DNA from: an uncultured Actinomycetes bacterium
Lineage (GTDB): Bacteria > Actinomycetota > Acidimicrobiia > IMCC26256 > PALSA-610
NCBI GenBank assembly: GCA_963841195.1
Contig: CAWJBX010000009.1
Coordinates: 94,998 to 158,997 of the forward strand
DNA length: 64,000 bases
Direction of reading: 5' to 3'
Shown here: one piece after another, positions 30,564 through 41,836 of the stretch
Layout of the letters: every line of letters starts with the position of its first letter
Position numbering within the stretch: position 1 is the first letter of the stretch
Translations under genes and position numbers: made by a program
The notes under the pieces: model-generated
Databases searched by the model: none
Told to the model about the DNA's origin: nothing
Seen by the model: only the letters and a program-made list of their open reading frames with translations

Positions 30564-31247
30564 TCAATCATCCTTTGCGTGTGAGGGGCGCGAGCGGCCG
30601 GCGCCGAGGTACCAGAACCCGACGACGACGGAGATCGCCACCGCCGTGCCGAGTGCCCATCCGGCGACAACATCCGAAAGCCAATGCACGGCGAGCACGA
30701 GTCGACTGACGCCCACGAGCCCCGCCAACGCCATTGCGACGACGACGAACAAGCATTGGGTCCGTGTGCGGCGTGCGACTGTGAGCCCCAACACGAACGA
30801 GGCGGCGAGAAAGAACGCGGCCGCGTCCGTGGCGTGACCGGACGGAAACGCGGGGCTGGTGACGTGGGTTGCGTGCAACACGATGGGCGGGCGCGCCCGT
30901 CCGAACGCCGCCTTCGCGATTGCCGACGCGAGGAACGCGAGCAGCAGCGACACGACGGGTGCGACCGCGAGATGCCAGTTACGCCTCCACAACCAAAGAG
31001 CGAGGATCAATCCCAGGACCAGAAGCGAGGCGAACCCTCCGGCCGTGCTGATGAACTTTGCCGCGTTGATCCACGCGTCGGTGCGATGATCGACGAACCA
31101 TCGCAAGGCCGCTTCGTCGCGCGAGATGAGCCCGCCGCCATCGGCGACGTCTTCACCGATGAACACGAACAAGGCCAGGCTCGCGAGAACGAGTACGCCC
31201 GCGGCTGCTACGAGCCGGCGCGAAGGACCGGCGCTCGCGGTCAACAT
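30564..31247 (-). CDS. PAP2-family membrane phosphatase
   Basis: PSGH and SRxxxxxHxxxD motifs (AFPSGHATDAAA; VSRLVLAVHWLSDVVAG). Confidence 0.75.
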   Translation of the reverse strand: MLTASAGPSRRLVAAAGVLVLASLALFVFIGEDVADGGGLISRDEAALRWFVDHRTDAWINAAKFISTAGGFASLLVLGLILALWLWRRNWHLAVAPVVSLLLAFLASAIAKAAFGRARPPIVLHATHVTSPAFPSGHATDAAAFFLAASFVLGLTVARRTRTQCLFVVVAMALAGLVGVSRLVLAVHWLSDVVAGWALGTAVAISVVVGFWYLGAGRSRPSHAKDD

Positions 31248-31589
31248 CACAAAGACACGAATGACGGATCGCGGCGCAATGGTGGGGAATGTCCGAGCGT
31301 CACGCGCGCACATCCAATCGCGATTGCGTAAAGGTCCGGTAAGACCTGCCGTGCCGACATGTACGGCGCAGGCCGCGCCTCGTTACGGTCAAGCATCGCC
31401 GACGAGACGGGTCCCGACAGCGAAGCGAACGGCTCGGCCGGAATGACGACCGGGCGTGCCGCGCCGCAGAGACCGATCGGCGCGCCGGTGCGCGATCCGC
31501 GCACCACCCAGACCAATCCGTCGCTCGTGCGGTTCGCGTTCCAGAAGATCGGCGGCGGCCTTCGGGAAGTCTTCGTCACGCTCGGAATC

Positions 31590-32642
31590 ATGCGGCCGCG
31601 AAATCCCGACGGTTCGCTCGGCAAGCGTTCGTGGAAGCGCTTGGCGACAACGTGCGCGGTCGCGTTCGGCATCGTGTTCGTGTGGACGTCGGTGCACATC
31701 GTCAAGCCCGGCACCCTCGGCATCCCGGTGACGTTTGGCCACGAAGGCGCGGCGCTGTCGCCCGGATTGCACGTCACCCTCCCGTTCACAGTGGTGTATT
31801 CGATGAACGCCCGGACGCAGAGCTACACGATGTCGTCCCTCAAGGGCGACGGCAACCGCGCCAACGTCGACGACTCGGTCGCAGTCCTGGGCGCCGATGG
31901 CGGCGGCGCGAACGTGAACTCGACGGTGCTGTATCGCCTCGATCCGGCCCGCGCCACCTCTGTGTACCGAATACTCGGAAACAGCTACAGCACGCAGATC
32001 GTCCGGCCCACCGCGCGCGAATGCATCCGCACCACGTTCACCGAATATCCGATTGTGCAAGCGTCGACGACCGCGTGGGGAGCACTGCAAACGGACGTCG
32101 CGAAATGTATGAGTGCGAGGGTCGAGCCCCAAGGCATCGACCTCCTCGAGTTCCAACTCCGTGAGGTCACCCTCAATCCGCAGCTGCAGGCGGCGGTCAC
32201 GCAAAAGATCAGCTCCCAGCAAGGCGTCGAGCAAGAGCAGTTCGAATTGCAAACCGCAGAACAGGCGGCCGACATCACCCGCATCCAGGCGTTGGCCACG
32301 GCCGACTCGCAACAAATTCTCGCCTGCGGCGGCCATGCTGCGGAGGTCACCCAGAACGCGCACCTTGTCGAGACGGTTGTTCCGAACCCGGTCAGCGCAT
32401 GTTCGCAGGCGCAACTCACGCCGCAGTACCTGCAGTTCACGTACATCCAGGCGCTGAAACAACTGGTCAATTCGCCGAACAACAGCACGGTCATCCTGCC
32501 GTTCGACCAAAATCTCACGCCGCTGCTGAACGTCTCCAACCCGTCTTCGAACGCGACTGTGACATCACCGTCGGGATCGCCGAGCGCGAGCGCCACGACG
32601 CCGACGACATCGCCGAACGCATCGACGCTCGGCCTGCCGTAA
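31590..32642 (+). CDS. SPFH/band-7 (prohibitin/HflK-like) domain membrane protein with a Ser/Thr/Pro-rich C-terminus
   Basis: TM helix then VHIVKPGTLGIPVTFGHEGAALSPGLHVTLPF, a band-7 signature. Start could be earlier (ATG 31443). Confidence 0.6.
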   Translation: MRPRNPDGSLGKRSWKRLATTCAVAFGIVFVWTSVHIVKPGTLGIPVTFGHEGAALSPGLHVTLPFTVVYSMNARTQSYTMSSLKGDGNRANVDDSVAVLGADGGGANVNSTVLYRLDPARATSVYRILGNSYSTQIVRPTARECIRTTFTEYPIVQASTTAWGALQTDVAKCMSARVEPQGIDLLEFQLREVTLNPQLQAAVTQKISSQQGVEQEQFELQTAEQAADITRIQALATADSQQILACGGHAAEVTQNAHLVETVVPNPVSACSQAQLTPQYLQFTYIQALKQLVNSPNNSTVILPFDQNLTPLLNVSNPSSNATVTSPSGSPSASATTPTTSPNASTLGLP

Positions 32643-32645
32643 GTA

Positions 32646-35357
32646 TCAAGCGAGTTGCAGCGTTGCGATCTGCCACGGTCGCAACGTGACCTCGCCCTCG
32701 AACGGCGCGACCGGGCGGCCCCGCAAGTCGACGACGTAACCACGCGCGGGCGCGCCTTCGTGCTCGATCGTCACTGGTCCCTCGTCGGCCGCGCTGCGGA
32801 ACACGCGCACCACGAGCCCGCCGTGCGTACGCAACACGGCCGAGACTTCGGCGCCGTCGACGTGCAGTGCGTGTCCGGTCGTCTTGCGGTCACGCGTCGA
32901 GCTCGCTGCGACGCGCGTCCGTTCGAACGGCACGAGGAACGCATCGGCGGCGCCGTAGCAGTCGGCGGCGCGCCAGTCGCCGCGGTGCGGCATCACGGCG
33001 TACTCGGCGCGTTGCGGGCCGAGAAGTTGGGAGCCGCGCAGCGCCGACGCCGGGCCCGCGGGATTCGGTCGCAACGACGGCTCTGTCCGCGACAGATATC
33101 CGACGGCGCGCAGCACGGTGAGCGCGAGCTCGCTTCCTTCGTGGAGGACTTCGTACTCGAGCAAACCGTCGTGCAGAAGGGCGAGGCCGACTTCGTCGTC
33201 CGAGACGTCGACGAAGCGGCGCGAGGGGAACGTCGGCAGCGGAAATTCGTGCGGGCCGCCCTCGGCCGCGAGCCCGCGCTGCACAACCGTGAACGCGCAC
33301 TCGGCGGAGGAACCGTCGACACGCGCCGGAAGCGGGAAGTGCGCGCGCATCCGATGATCACGCGCCTGGTTGTCGATGTCGTGCATGACGCGCAAGAACG
33401 GCTCACCCGCGCGCAGTTCGAGCGTCGTCGCAACGTCGACCGTGACGGTCTCGTCGCTGCGCGCGCTGCACGCGCGGAAGTCGCCGTGCGCGAACGCGGG
33501 CAGTTCGTAGGTCGCGTCGATGCGAACCCGGGCGCGCACCGGGCCGTCTTCGAGGGTCGTGACAGTGACCGAAGTTGGTGTGTCGATGATCCGATCGGCG
33601 TCGGGCGGGGAGTAGTTGTACGTGTCGCCACCGTCGCCGCCGTCGACGAGCTGCCCCATGCTTGAGAGCAACAAACCGTCGGCCATTTCGATCGAATACG
33701 TGCCGTCGGCGGGATTGACCTCGACCTGCATGTGCTCGTTGGCGAGGGCGCGCACCGAGCCTGCGGGCGATGCCGCGTCGCGCGCGGTGAAACAGGCCCA
33801 GCCGTAACCCTCGATCCCGCCGGTGTCGAACACGACGTGGCGCACCGGCGCCGCGACGAAGCGCACGAGCATGTTCTTGCCTTGCTCGCCCCGTGCGAGC
33901 ATCGCGCCCTTGAGCTCTACGAGATCGGTGCCTTCTTCGCCGGGGCGCGCTTCGCGCAAGACGATCTCGACCGGATCGGCATCGGTGATCGTGTACGACG
34001 CGACCTGCCGGCCTTCGAACTCGGTTCCTCGCATCGCGTCGAGGACCCAACGGACCTTCTGGCCCGCGACCATGATCGGCGGTGCCTCGCCACCTTCGTT
34101 TGCGATGAGCTGCGTCGGGCGTTCGTTGCCATCCGAACCGACGAACACACACGGACCGGCTCCCGGCACGCGCGCTTCGACAAGGCCGGACCGCGCGCGT
34201 TGCGTCGGATTCACCGCGAGCGTTGCACCGGCCGGAGCGTCGACCGCGTGGGCGAGGGCATGCGTCGCATCGTGGGCGAGGCCTTCACCGATCTGGCGTG
34301 CTTCCGCGTAGCGCACGACGACTTGGTCGACGACTTCGTCATCGGAACACGCACACGACGAATCGTGGGCGCTGTTCAAGACGAGGTTGCGCCACGCGAT
34401 GTCGCGCGAGCGCGTGCGGGTATTCCGCCGCGGGCCGGAACAGCGCCGACAGCGGCTCCGCGCCGCGTTCGAGGGCGCGTTCGGCGGCCGCACAGGCGCG
34501 GTGCACGTCGACGCGGTTGGAACCGACGCCCATGAGAAGATTGGCGCGGGCCCCAGACCGCAGTTCGCCCTGAACGGTTGTGAGCCCGGCCGTCGATTGT
34601 TGCGGCAGATACTCGGGCAGCGACGTGACGACGAACTCGTAGTCGTCTTGGATCGCGTTGGCTTCGGCAACGACGCGCCCGAGCCAGGGCTGCGGCATTT
34701 GATGGTCGGTGCCGTTCATCAACAGCATCGAGCCGAGCCGCGCCGGCCCGAGTTCTTGTTCGTAGTCGACGGCGCGCAAGACGAGGCGCTTGGCGTCGTC
34801 GGGAATGTCGCGGCCGTTGGAGTACGAGCCGTACAGATACTCAGCGCGGACGCGCGAACCGTCGGGCGCTTCCCACCAGAACGCGGTCTGTTCCACGCTC
34901 GCGGGAACGCCGCGCCACACGACGGCGTGTTCGAAGCCGCCGAGCGCGAGCAGCTGCGGCATCTGCGCGACGTGGCCGAACATGTCGGGCAAGTAGCCGA
35001 CGTCCATGACGCCGCCGAACTCGGCGCCCCGTTCGATGCCGAACTGGAGGTCGCGGACCATCGTTTCGCCGCTGACACCATGAACTCGTCCATGAGCACG
35101 ATCCACGGTCCGATCGAAAGCCGGCCGGCCGCGCCGAGGCGCGCGAGCGTGGCTGCGGCTTCGGGGCGGACTTCGAGGTAGTCGTCGAGGACGGCGGTCT
35201 GGCCGTCGAGCAGGAAGCGCGAGTACGACAGGTCGCGCTCGAGCATCGGCAGCAAGACGTCGAGGAGCTTGACGAGCCGCATGCGGAACGTTTGGAACGG
35301 CGAGTACCACTCGCGGTCCCAGTGCGTGTGCGGAACGATCGCGACCTGAGTTGCCAT
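32646..35357 (-). pseudogene. Glycoside hydrolase family 38 alpha-mannosidase, at least 3 frameshifts
   Basis: N-terminus MATQVAIVPHTHWDREWYSPFQTFRMRLVKLLD, continuing ...LPDMFGHVAQMPQLL and the GH38 central and C-terminal domains in other frames. Confidence 0.7.
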
Positions 35358-35415
35358 AGTCGCTGAGCCTAGAACGACCGTCGTCGCGGGGCGCGAGGCG
35401 CCTCTGAGCGACTCC

Positions 35416-36109
35416 TTACTCGTCTTCGCCCGCGATCCAGCGGTAGCCGATGCCGGGCTCGGTCAGGATCAGGCGCGGGTGGGCGGCGTCGTCGCCCAGC
35501 TTCTTGCGCAACTGGCCGACGTAGACCCGCAGGTAGTTGCTCTCGCTCCCGTACCCCTGACCCCACACCTCGCGCAGCAGGATCTCCTGCGTCAGCAGCT
35601 TGCCGGGATTCTGTACGAACAGTTCGAGCAGTGACAGTTCGGTGCGCGTCAGGTGCACTGGCACGCCGTCGAGCGTCACGCGCCGGCGGGCGAGATCGAT
35701 CTCGACGATCGTCGACGCGTCACGGTGGTCGGCGCGGATCGACGTGTGCGGCACCCGGCGCAAGGTGGCGCGCACGCGGGCCAACAGTTCTTCGGTGTCG
35801 AACGGCTTGGTGACGTAGTCGTCGGCGCCGGCGTCGAGGGCGCGGATCTTCTCGGACTGCGCATGGTGCGCGGTCACGACGATCACCGGCATCTGCGAGA
35901 ACGATCGCACGCGGCGCAACACTTCGAGCCCGTCGATGTCGGGCAGGCCGAGATCGAGCACGCATGAGGTCGGCGCCGCCACTCGACGCGATCACGACCG
36001 CTTCCTCACCGGTCTCCACGTCGAGCACGTCGAGATCGCGGCTGCGCATCATCGTGCGCAACGCGCGCCGCAACGCGGGATCGTCTTCGACAAGCAAGAT
36101 CGTCGTCAC
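35416..36109 (-). pseudogene. kdpE: OmpR-family response regulator, KdpE-like (one frameshift near 35960)
   Basis: VTTILLVEDDPALRRALRTMMRS... then LDLGLPDIDGLEVLRRVRSFSQMPVIVVTAHHAQSEKIRALDAGADDYVTKPFDTEELLARVRATLRR plus winged HTH YLRVYVGQLRKKLGD. Confidence 0.75.
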
Positions 36110-37497
36110 GCGGCTCCCCGTCGCGTCGGCCTCCCGCGGAAAGGTACACACGAACGTTGCGCCGCCGCCGGGTGTGTCTTCGTACCGGACCGAGCCGCGC
36201 TGCGCGATGACCAGCGCTCGCACGATGGCGAGCCCGAGTCCGGTCCCGCTGCGGTCGGGCCGCGTGTCGACGCTCTGGAATTCCTCGAAGATGCGCGTCC
36301 GCGCGCTCGGGCGGAACGCCGGGCCCGTGATCGCTGACGCTGAGTTCGACCCGATCGTCGTCGACCGGCGCGCGCGCGCCGACGAAGATCTCCGAGCCGG
36401 GTGGCGCGAACCGCAACGCGTTCTTCGAGCAGGTTCAGCAGGATTTGTTCGATCATCGTGACGTCGAGCCAGATCGTCGGCAAGTGGTCGTCGACGTCGA
36501 GCCGCACGCGATGCGCACGCGCGATCGGGCGTAGACGACGCACCGCGTGCTGCACGAGATCGGCGATGTCGACCGGTTGCAGGTCGACCTCGAGCGCGCC
36601 GGCGCGGATGCGGCTGAGTTCGAGCGTGTTGCGCACGAGCCGTTCGAGCCGTTCGGCTTCGTCGGCGATCGTCTCGAGAAGCTCGCGTCGCTCTTCGGGT
36701 TCGATCCGCGACCACGACGCGAGCAACGTCGCGGCGGCGGCCTTCACCGCGGTCAGCGGTGTCCGCAGGTTGTGACTCACCGCCGAGAGAAAGCCGGCCC
36801 GTTGGCGTCCGACTTCGGCGACGAGTCGCGTCTCGCGTACTTCTTCGCGCAGGTTCATGCGATCGACCGCGGTCGCGATACCGGCCACGACCGCCTCCAA
36901 AAGCGCGCGGTCGCCCGGTTCGAAATCGTGGCGTGTGTGGGCCTCGACGACGATCGCGCCCGTCTCGACGCGCAGGTCGGGCGCGCGCCCGGAGAAGTCG
37001 CCGATCGTCGCCGATTGCTCTCCCGCCCACAGCGTGCACGCGTCGAACGCAAACAGGTCGGCGAGGCCCTCGGCCGCGGCCGGCAACGCTTCCGCCACGT
37101 CGTTGCCGATCAGCAAACGGCGCGTCAGTTCGAGTTGTGCTTGCGCTTCACGTTCGCGGCCGAGTGCGATGCGGCGCAGCGCGGTGAGGCGTTGGACGGT
37201 CCAGCCCACGAGCACGGCCGCCGCCGCGAACACCAGCAGCGCCACCACGTCGTCGGCGCGCTGAATCTTGAGCGATCCGGTCGGCTCGGTGAAGAGGAGA
37301 TTGAGCGCGAAAAAGCCCGTGAGCGCGCCCACAAAACCGGCGGCGGGCCCGAGTGCGGCCGTGCCGAGCACGGCGACGAGCAGGACGAGCGCGGCGATCG
37401 TCAGGTCGGTGTCGAACAGCTTGAGGACGAGCGCGACGACGACAACGACGCCGGCCGCGGCCAGCGCGCGTACGACCGGATTGTCGAAGCGCCGCAT
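36106..37497 (-). pseudogene. KdpD-family sensor histidine kinase lacking the N-terminal KdpD/Usp sensing domains (frameshifted)
   Basis: 4-TM segment, GAF-like region, HisKA (LSAVSHNLRTPLTAVKAAAATLL), HATPase_c (DHGPGVP..., GTGLGLAIVRALV) spread over three frames. GTGA overlap with the response-regulator gene. Confidence 0.7.
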
Positions 37498-37990
37498 CGG
37501 TCCACCCTCGCACGGAACCTGCGGTCACGTACCGATCGCCGCTGCCAGTTCCCTGACCAGGATATTTGGCCCCGGTCGGTGGCGAGAGAACCGAACAGAA
37601 GCTGCGTGCCGCGCTCACACGCTCGCCGCGCTCGAAGGAGCGCTCCCGACTTCTCGAGTTGTTGATTGTGAGCGCTTCACAGCAGTTGTCTGCGCTCATT
37701 TACGGCGCAAGAAGGTTCCCTCTCGGAGTCGGCAAGTCGCCCGGCCAGCCACCGTTTTCGATGTAGCACTGAACGAAGCGGCGATGCGTGAACAGCCATC
37801 GGCCGCTGCGCTTGGAGAACTCGTCGTAGTAGGCGCTTGATGTGTTTCGTCCAGGTCGGCCATGCCACGACGTTCGCCAAGTGATCTCACGCGCGTTGGC
37901 GCGGTACGTCGACAACGAACTCGCGGCGCAGTAACTCGCGCACAATCCGGTTTTCGTCGGCTGCCTTCGCAGAAGCGAACCGCGGCTCCG

Positions 37991-39193
37991 TTACGAACAG
38001 CCGGGGCCTCGGTCCGCTTCGAAGTTCGTCGTGACACCGTTGACGGTCCACCAGTACCGCACGTGCGTGTGCACCGACTGTGCGCCGTTCAAGACGATCC
38101 CGAGCGGGATGCTCAGGAAGTGATACGTCTTCGACCCCAGCTTTCCGCCACCGATCGCAGTGAACGTGCCGTTGACGAGTGTCCCCGTGTGGGTCTGGTC
38201 GATACGCCAGTGAACAACCGTGCCGTTCAGGAAGCGGTTGTAACCAACCCGCAGAATGCTGCACTCACGGAAATCGGTGCCGAAGATGACGCCCCGGTGC
38301 CCTCCACCCGCGATCGTCGTGCTCGTTGTCGACGTCGAACCGGGTGCGGTCGACGTCGTGGTCGGTCCCGTCGTCGTCGTGGTCGCCATGATCGTCGTGC
38401 TGGTGCTCGAAGCGGTCGTTGTCGAAGTCGAACTCGACGTGCTGGTGGTCGATGTCGTCGTTTCTCCGAAGCTCGTCGATGTCGTCGGCATTGTGGTGCT
38501 CGTGGTCGATGTCGTCGTTTCTCCGAAGCTCGTCGATGTCGTCGGCATCGTGCTGCTGGTCGACGTGGACGTCGACGTGGATGTCGAACTCGACGTGGGC
38601 ATCGAAGTCGACGTCGAGGTCGACGTACTCGGAGAAGTCGAAGTCGACGTCGAAGTGCTGGTGGACCCACCGGTCACCGTGTTCGGCATCGTGATCAACA
38701 AGAACGCTTGGTCACCGGTTGACGATGAGGGATTCGACGCGACGCGGATACGGCATGTCGTGTAATCGGTCTTGCCGTTGTTCGTCGGCGGATCGTTGGG
38801 TCCGATGCAGTTGAACTTGTTCTGCGCGTTGCGCCCGTCTTTGAACGCTTGGAAGTTGTTTCCCGCGCCGACGAACGAGGCAGTCCCGCCCGCATCCGCG
38901 ATCGTGGGGCTGGGCGCGTCGCCGAAGTCGCAATCGATAGTGACGGACCACGCCGGCAAGGTCGGATCAACACCGTCGCACTGTGTTATGTACACGTTCT
39001 CGCCCGGCACGTAGCCAGTCGCAACAACGTCGACGGGCACCGGATTGCCGGCTCCGTCGCCCGGAATCGCAAACGGCGATGTGCTCGGCTGTGTGATCTG
39101 CGTCGCGCCGAACGCGGCACCGGCAACGGTGAGGAGGAGCACGGTCACCGTCAGCACAACAATGCTGCGACGAGAGCCTCGATGAGCATGCAT
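37991..39193 (-). CDS. Secreted Ser/Thr-rich repeat protein (signal peptide, N-domain, TS-rich linker, C-terminal domain shared with the 24555 protein)
   Basis: Intact 400 aa; signal peptide; linker with TSTSTS runs and two copies of MPTTSTSFGETTTSTTST; C-terminal ...YNRFLNGTVVHW...GGGKLGSKTYHFLSIPLG...WTVNG... domain. Confidence 0.7.
   Translation of the reverse strand: MHAHRGSRRSIVVLTVTVLLLTVAGAAFGATQITQPSTSPFAIPGDGAGNPVPVDVVATGYVPGENVYITQCDGVDPTLPAWSVTIDCDFGDAPSPTIADAGGTASFVGAGNNFQAFKDGRNAQNKFNCIGPNDPPTNNGKTDYTTCRIRVASNPSSSTGDQAFLLITMPNTVTGGSTSTSTSTSTSPSTSTSTSTSMPTSSSTSTSTSTSTSSTMPTTSTSFGETTTSTTSTTMPTTSTSFGETTTSTTSTSSSTSTTTASSTSTTIMATTTTTGPTTTSTAPGSTSTTSTTIAGGGHRGVIFGTDFRECSILRVGYNRFLNGTVVHWRIDQTHTGTLVNGTFTAIGGGKLGSKTYHFLSIPLGIVLNGAQSVHTHVRYWWTVNGVTTNFEADRGPGCS
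38448..38561. repeat. 57-bp tandem direct repeat (x2) within the Ser/Thr-rich linker coding region
   Basis: GTCGATGTCGTCGTTTCTCCGAAGCTCGTCGATGTCGTCGGCAT[T/C]GTG... repeated with period 57. Confidence 0.55.
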
Positions 39194-39409
39194 CGCTTCC
39201 CCTCACGGACGAGCGCCCGAAACCGCGCCTTCAGTAATGCCCTACAGCACGACGCGCGAACAGGCGCGCGCGCACTCCTTCCACGCGGATTTGGCGACGG
39301 TTCACCGCACGTCTACGCGCCGCCCAAAGCGACCGGACGATGAGTCAGTTGTCAGCGTGTCCTTCGCGTCTTACTGTCACTGCGGGGTCACACAGCGAAA
39401 GGCGGCATC

Positions 39410-39874
39410 ATGCGCGCGAACGCGAAACGTTCCCTGCGGCTTGCGGTCGGCACGACCGTTGCGAGTGTCATCGCACTCGCGGTCGGCGTCGGACCCGCGG
39501 CGGCGGCCACGCCGACGACATCGGCGAACTACGAATTCGACTTCAGTCCGTTCGATGGCGGGCCAACCGCGCACTGCGTCATCCACCTGGAAGCCGACTT
39601 CCCGTTCGGCAGCCGCAACACGGCAAAAGGCATGACGAGTGTCACCGGTGACAATGCGGCATGCACGACCGGTGTGACGTCGACCGTCGCAGCCGAATAC
39701 CGGGACACAACGAACACGTTCGTGTCGCGGCCGTACAACGTGGTGTTCGGAACCTCCGTCTCGCACACGTACACCGACGTGCAGCGCGACTTCCAGACGT
39801 TCCACCAGGTGTACTTCCCGCAGTGCGGTTGCGCGAGCCAGGTGTACGTCCTCTCGACGCCGAACCCGAAGTAA
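39410..39874 (+). CDS. Small secreted hypothetical protein (154 aa, signal peptide)
   Basis: RBS AAAGGCGG; signal peptide MRANAKRSLRLAVGTTVASVIALAVGVGPAAAA. Confidence 0.55.
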   Translation: MRANAKRSLRLAVGTTVASVIALAVGVGPAAAATPTTSANYEFDFSPFDGGPTAHCVIHLEADFPFGSRNTAKGMTSVTGDNAACTTGVTSTVAAEYRDTTNTFVSRPYNVVFGTSVSHTYTDVQRDFQTFHQVYFPQCGCASQVYVLSTPNPK

Positions 39875-40139
39875 CTCGGAGTCGCGCCGTCGACGACCAG
39901 CACGGTCGCGTTTCGACAAGTCTCGAAGCGGACAACCAAAATCCTCCCGCGCCTGTTCGCGGATGTACGTGGTCGAGCACTGATGTGGGTTCGGGACCGA
40001 CGTGTGATGATCGAGCTATGCCGAATCTCTGGGGGTCCGTAGTGCGTCTTCGTGTGTTCTCGCCGGCGTCCAAAGCGTCTGAAGATGCGAGCGACGTTCG
40101 AGGTTCGGCTGTCGCAGCCCGAGCCGAGGACGACTCGAC

Positions 40140-41351
40140 ATGTTGACTCGGCGAGTGGGTCTGGCCGTGCTCGTCGCGGCGTTGTGTTTCGGGGCAAGCG
40201 GGTGCTGGTATCAGGCGGGATTTGACCCCGGACATACCGGCGACAACTCGTTCGAGACGACCATCAGCTCCGCGAACGTCGCTTCGTTGAAGCCGCACTG
40301 GAATTCCGGATCGTGGTGCGTGTGCCTCTTGTCGGCGCCGCCTTCGGTTGGGAACTCGGCGATGTATCAGCCGACTGCGAAGAGCAACTTGCCGGGGTTC
40401 GGACCTTCGTTGTTGTCAGTGAAAGAGAGTTCGGGCTCGGTGAACTGGGATGTGTCGGTGGGTGGCGATCCTTCGACGCCCGCTGTCGGAAACACGATCT
40501 ACGGCGGTGCGGGCCTGGTGTTCGTCACGTTCCAGAACAAGGACGGTGTCGGGCAGCTCGAGGCACTGCACACCATTGATGGGTCGCAAGCCTGGACCGT
40601 TTCGTTGCCCGGCGTTCCGATTGGATCGCCAACTCTCGCGACGGGTCCGGCTGCGATCGTCGGACAGGGTCAGGGTTTGTTGTATGTGACGGTGTCGAAC
40701 CCCAACGAGGTCACGGTCGTTTCGACCGCGGGCACCAAGGAAGCAACGAGCTTGGCGGGGCCGTACAACACCTCACCCGCGGTCGGGAACGGACTCGTGT
40801 ATGTCGGTGGCACCGACGGTTCACTCACGGCGCTCGATACGACCGCATTGAAAGTGAAGTGGACCGCGACGGTCGCACCCGCACCAACCAAGGGCGTCGC
40901 TGTTTCGCCGGTGGTCGGCGGTTCGAGCGTGTACGCCGCGAGCCTTGACGGCATCGTCGCTGCGTTCAACGCCGCGACAGGAACGGTGTTGTGGCGCAAC
41001 AGCACCCTCGTCGGTTCAGTGACTGAACCACCCGCGGTCGCAGGGAACCAGCTTTACGTCACCGAGGTGCAATCACCCGTCTTCGGTCCGAGTCCGCTCT
41101 ACGCGCTCAACACCGCAACCGGGAACCCGAACTGGCACTACGTCGACAAGAACACCTTCGCCGGATCGGGACCAAGCGTCGCCAACGGCCTCATTTACTA
41201 CAACAACGGCTTCTCATCGCTCGACGTGATCGACACCAGCGGCAACCTCAAAGCCCAACTCAACGCCGAAGAAGTCAACGGTCCACCCATCGTTTCCGAC
41301 GGGCTTCTCTTCTCTCCCGACGAAGAAGAAACCTTCGTATTTGGACTGTGA
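40140..41351 (+). CDS. PQQ-like beta-propeller repeat lipoprotein
   Basis: Lipoprotein signal (LCFGASGCW) plus repeated AVGNGLVYVGGTDGSLTALD... / SSVYAASLDGIVAAFNAATGTVLW propeller blades. Confidence 0.6.
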   Translation: MLTRRVGLAVLVAALCFGASGCWYQAGFDPGHTGDNSFETTISSANVASLKPHWNSGSWCVCLLSAPPSVGNSAMYQPTAKSNLPGFGPSLLSVKESSGSVNWDVSVGGDPSTPAVGNTIYGGAGLVFVTFQNKDGVGQLEALHTIDGSQAWTVSLPGVPIGSPTLATGPAAIVGQGQGLLYVTVSNPNEVTVVSTAGTKEATSLAGPYNTSPAVGNGLVYVGGTDGSLTALDTTALKVKWTATVAPAPTKGVAVSPVVGGSSVYAASLDGIVAAFNAATGTVLWRNSTLVGSVTEPPAVAGNQLYVTEVQSPVFGPSPLYALNTATGNPNWHYVDKNTFAGSGPSVANGLIYYNNGFSSLDVIDTSGNLKAQLNAEEVNGPPIVSDGLLFSPDEEETFVFGL

Positions 41352-41404
41352 CGCATGCGCGCGTCGCGACAGCGAACGCGCTCGGGCAACGTAACCTGTG
41401 GATT

Positions 41405-41833
41405 GTGCGCATCGTGCTCGGTTCCGACGAGGTCACGCCGTTGACCAAAGCGGTCGAAGCCGATCTGCGGGCGCGGGGGGTCGACGTCGTGGCGGTCGGG
41501 CCGCCCGGCGGTGTCGCGCTCGAGTGGGCGGCGGTCGGCCGCGAGGTCGGGGAGCACGTCGCGCGCGGCGAGGCCGATGCCGGCGTGCTCTTCTGTTGGA
41601 CGGGCACCGGCGCGTCGATGGCTGCCAACAAAGTGCGAGGTGTACGTGCCGCGCTGTGCGCCGACGCCGCGACCGCCGCCGGTGCGCGCCGCTGGAACGA
41701 CGCCAACGTGCTCGTGATGAGTTTGCGGCTGACGAGCCCGCAGGTCGCCAAAGAGATGCTCGACGCGTGGTTCGAGACCGACGCCGATCCGGACGAGGCC
41801 GCGAACATCGCGTCGCTCGACCCGCCCGATTAG
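41405..41833 (+). CDS. rpiB: Ribose-5-phosphate isomerase B (RpiB/LacAB family)
   Basis: VRIVLGSDEV...GVLFCWTGTGASMAANKVRGVRAALC...NDANVLVMSLR. Confidence 0.8.
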   Translation: MRIVLGSDEVTPLTKAVEADLRARGVDVVAVGPPGGVALEWAAVGREVGEHVARGEADAGVLFCWTGTGASMAANKVRGVRAALCADAATAAGARRWNDANVLVMSLRLTSPQVAKEMLDAWFETDADPDEAANIASLDPPD

Positions 41834-41836
41834 CCT

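Noticed and set aside
38200-38700. Regularly spaced short repeats (GTCGACGTCGAAGTC-like) that could look like a CRISPR array
   Set aside because: They are in-frame codon repeats encoding the Ser/Thr linker of an intact secreted protein; no spacer/repeat architecture and no cas genes.
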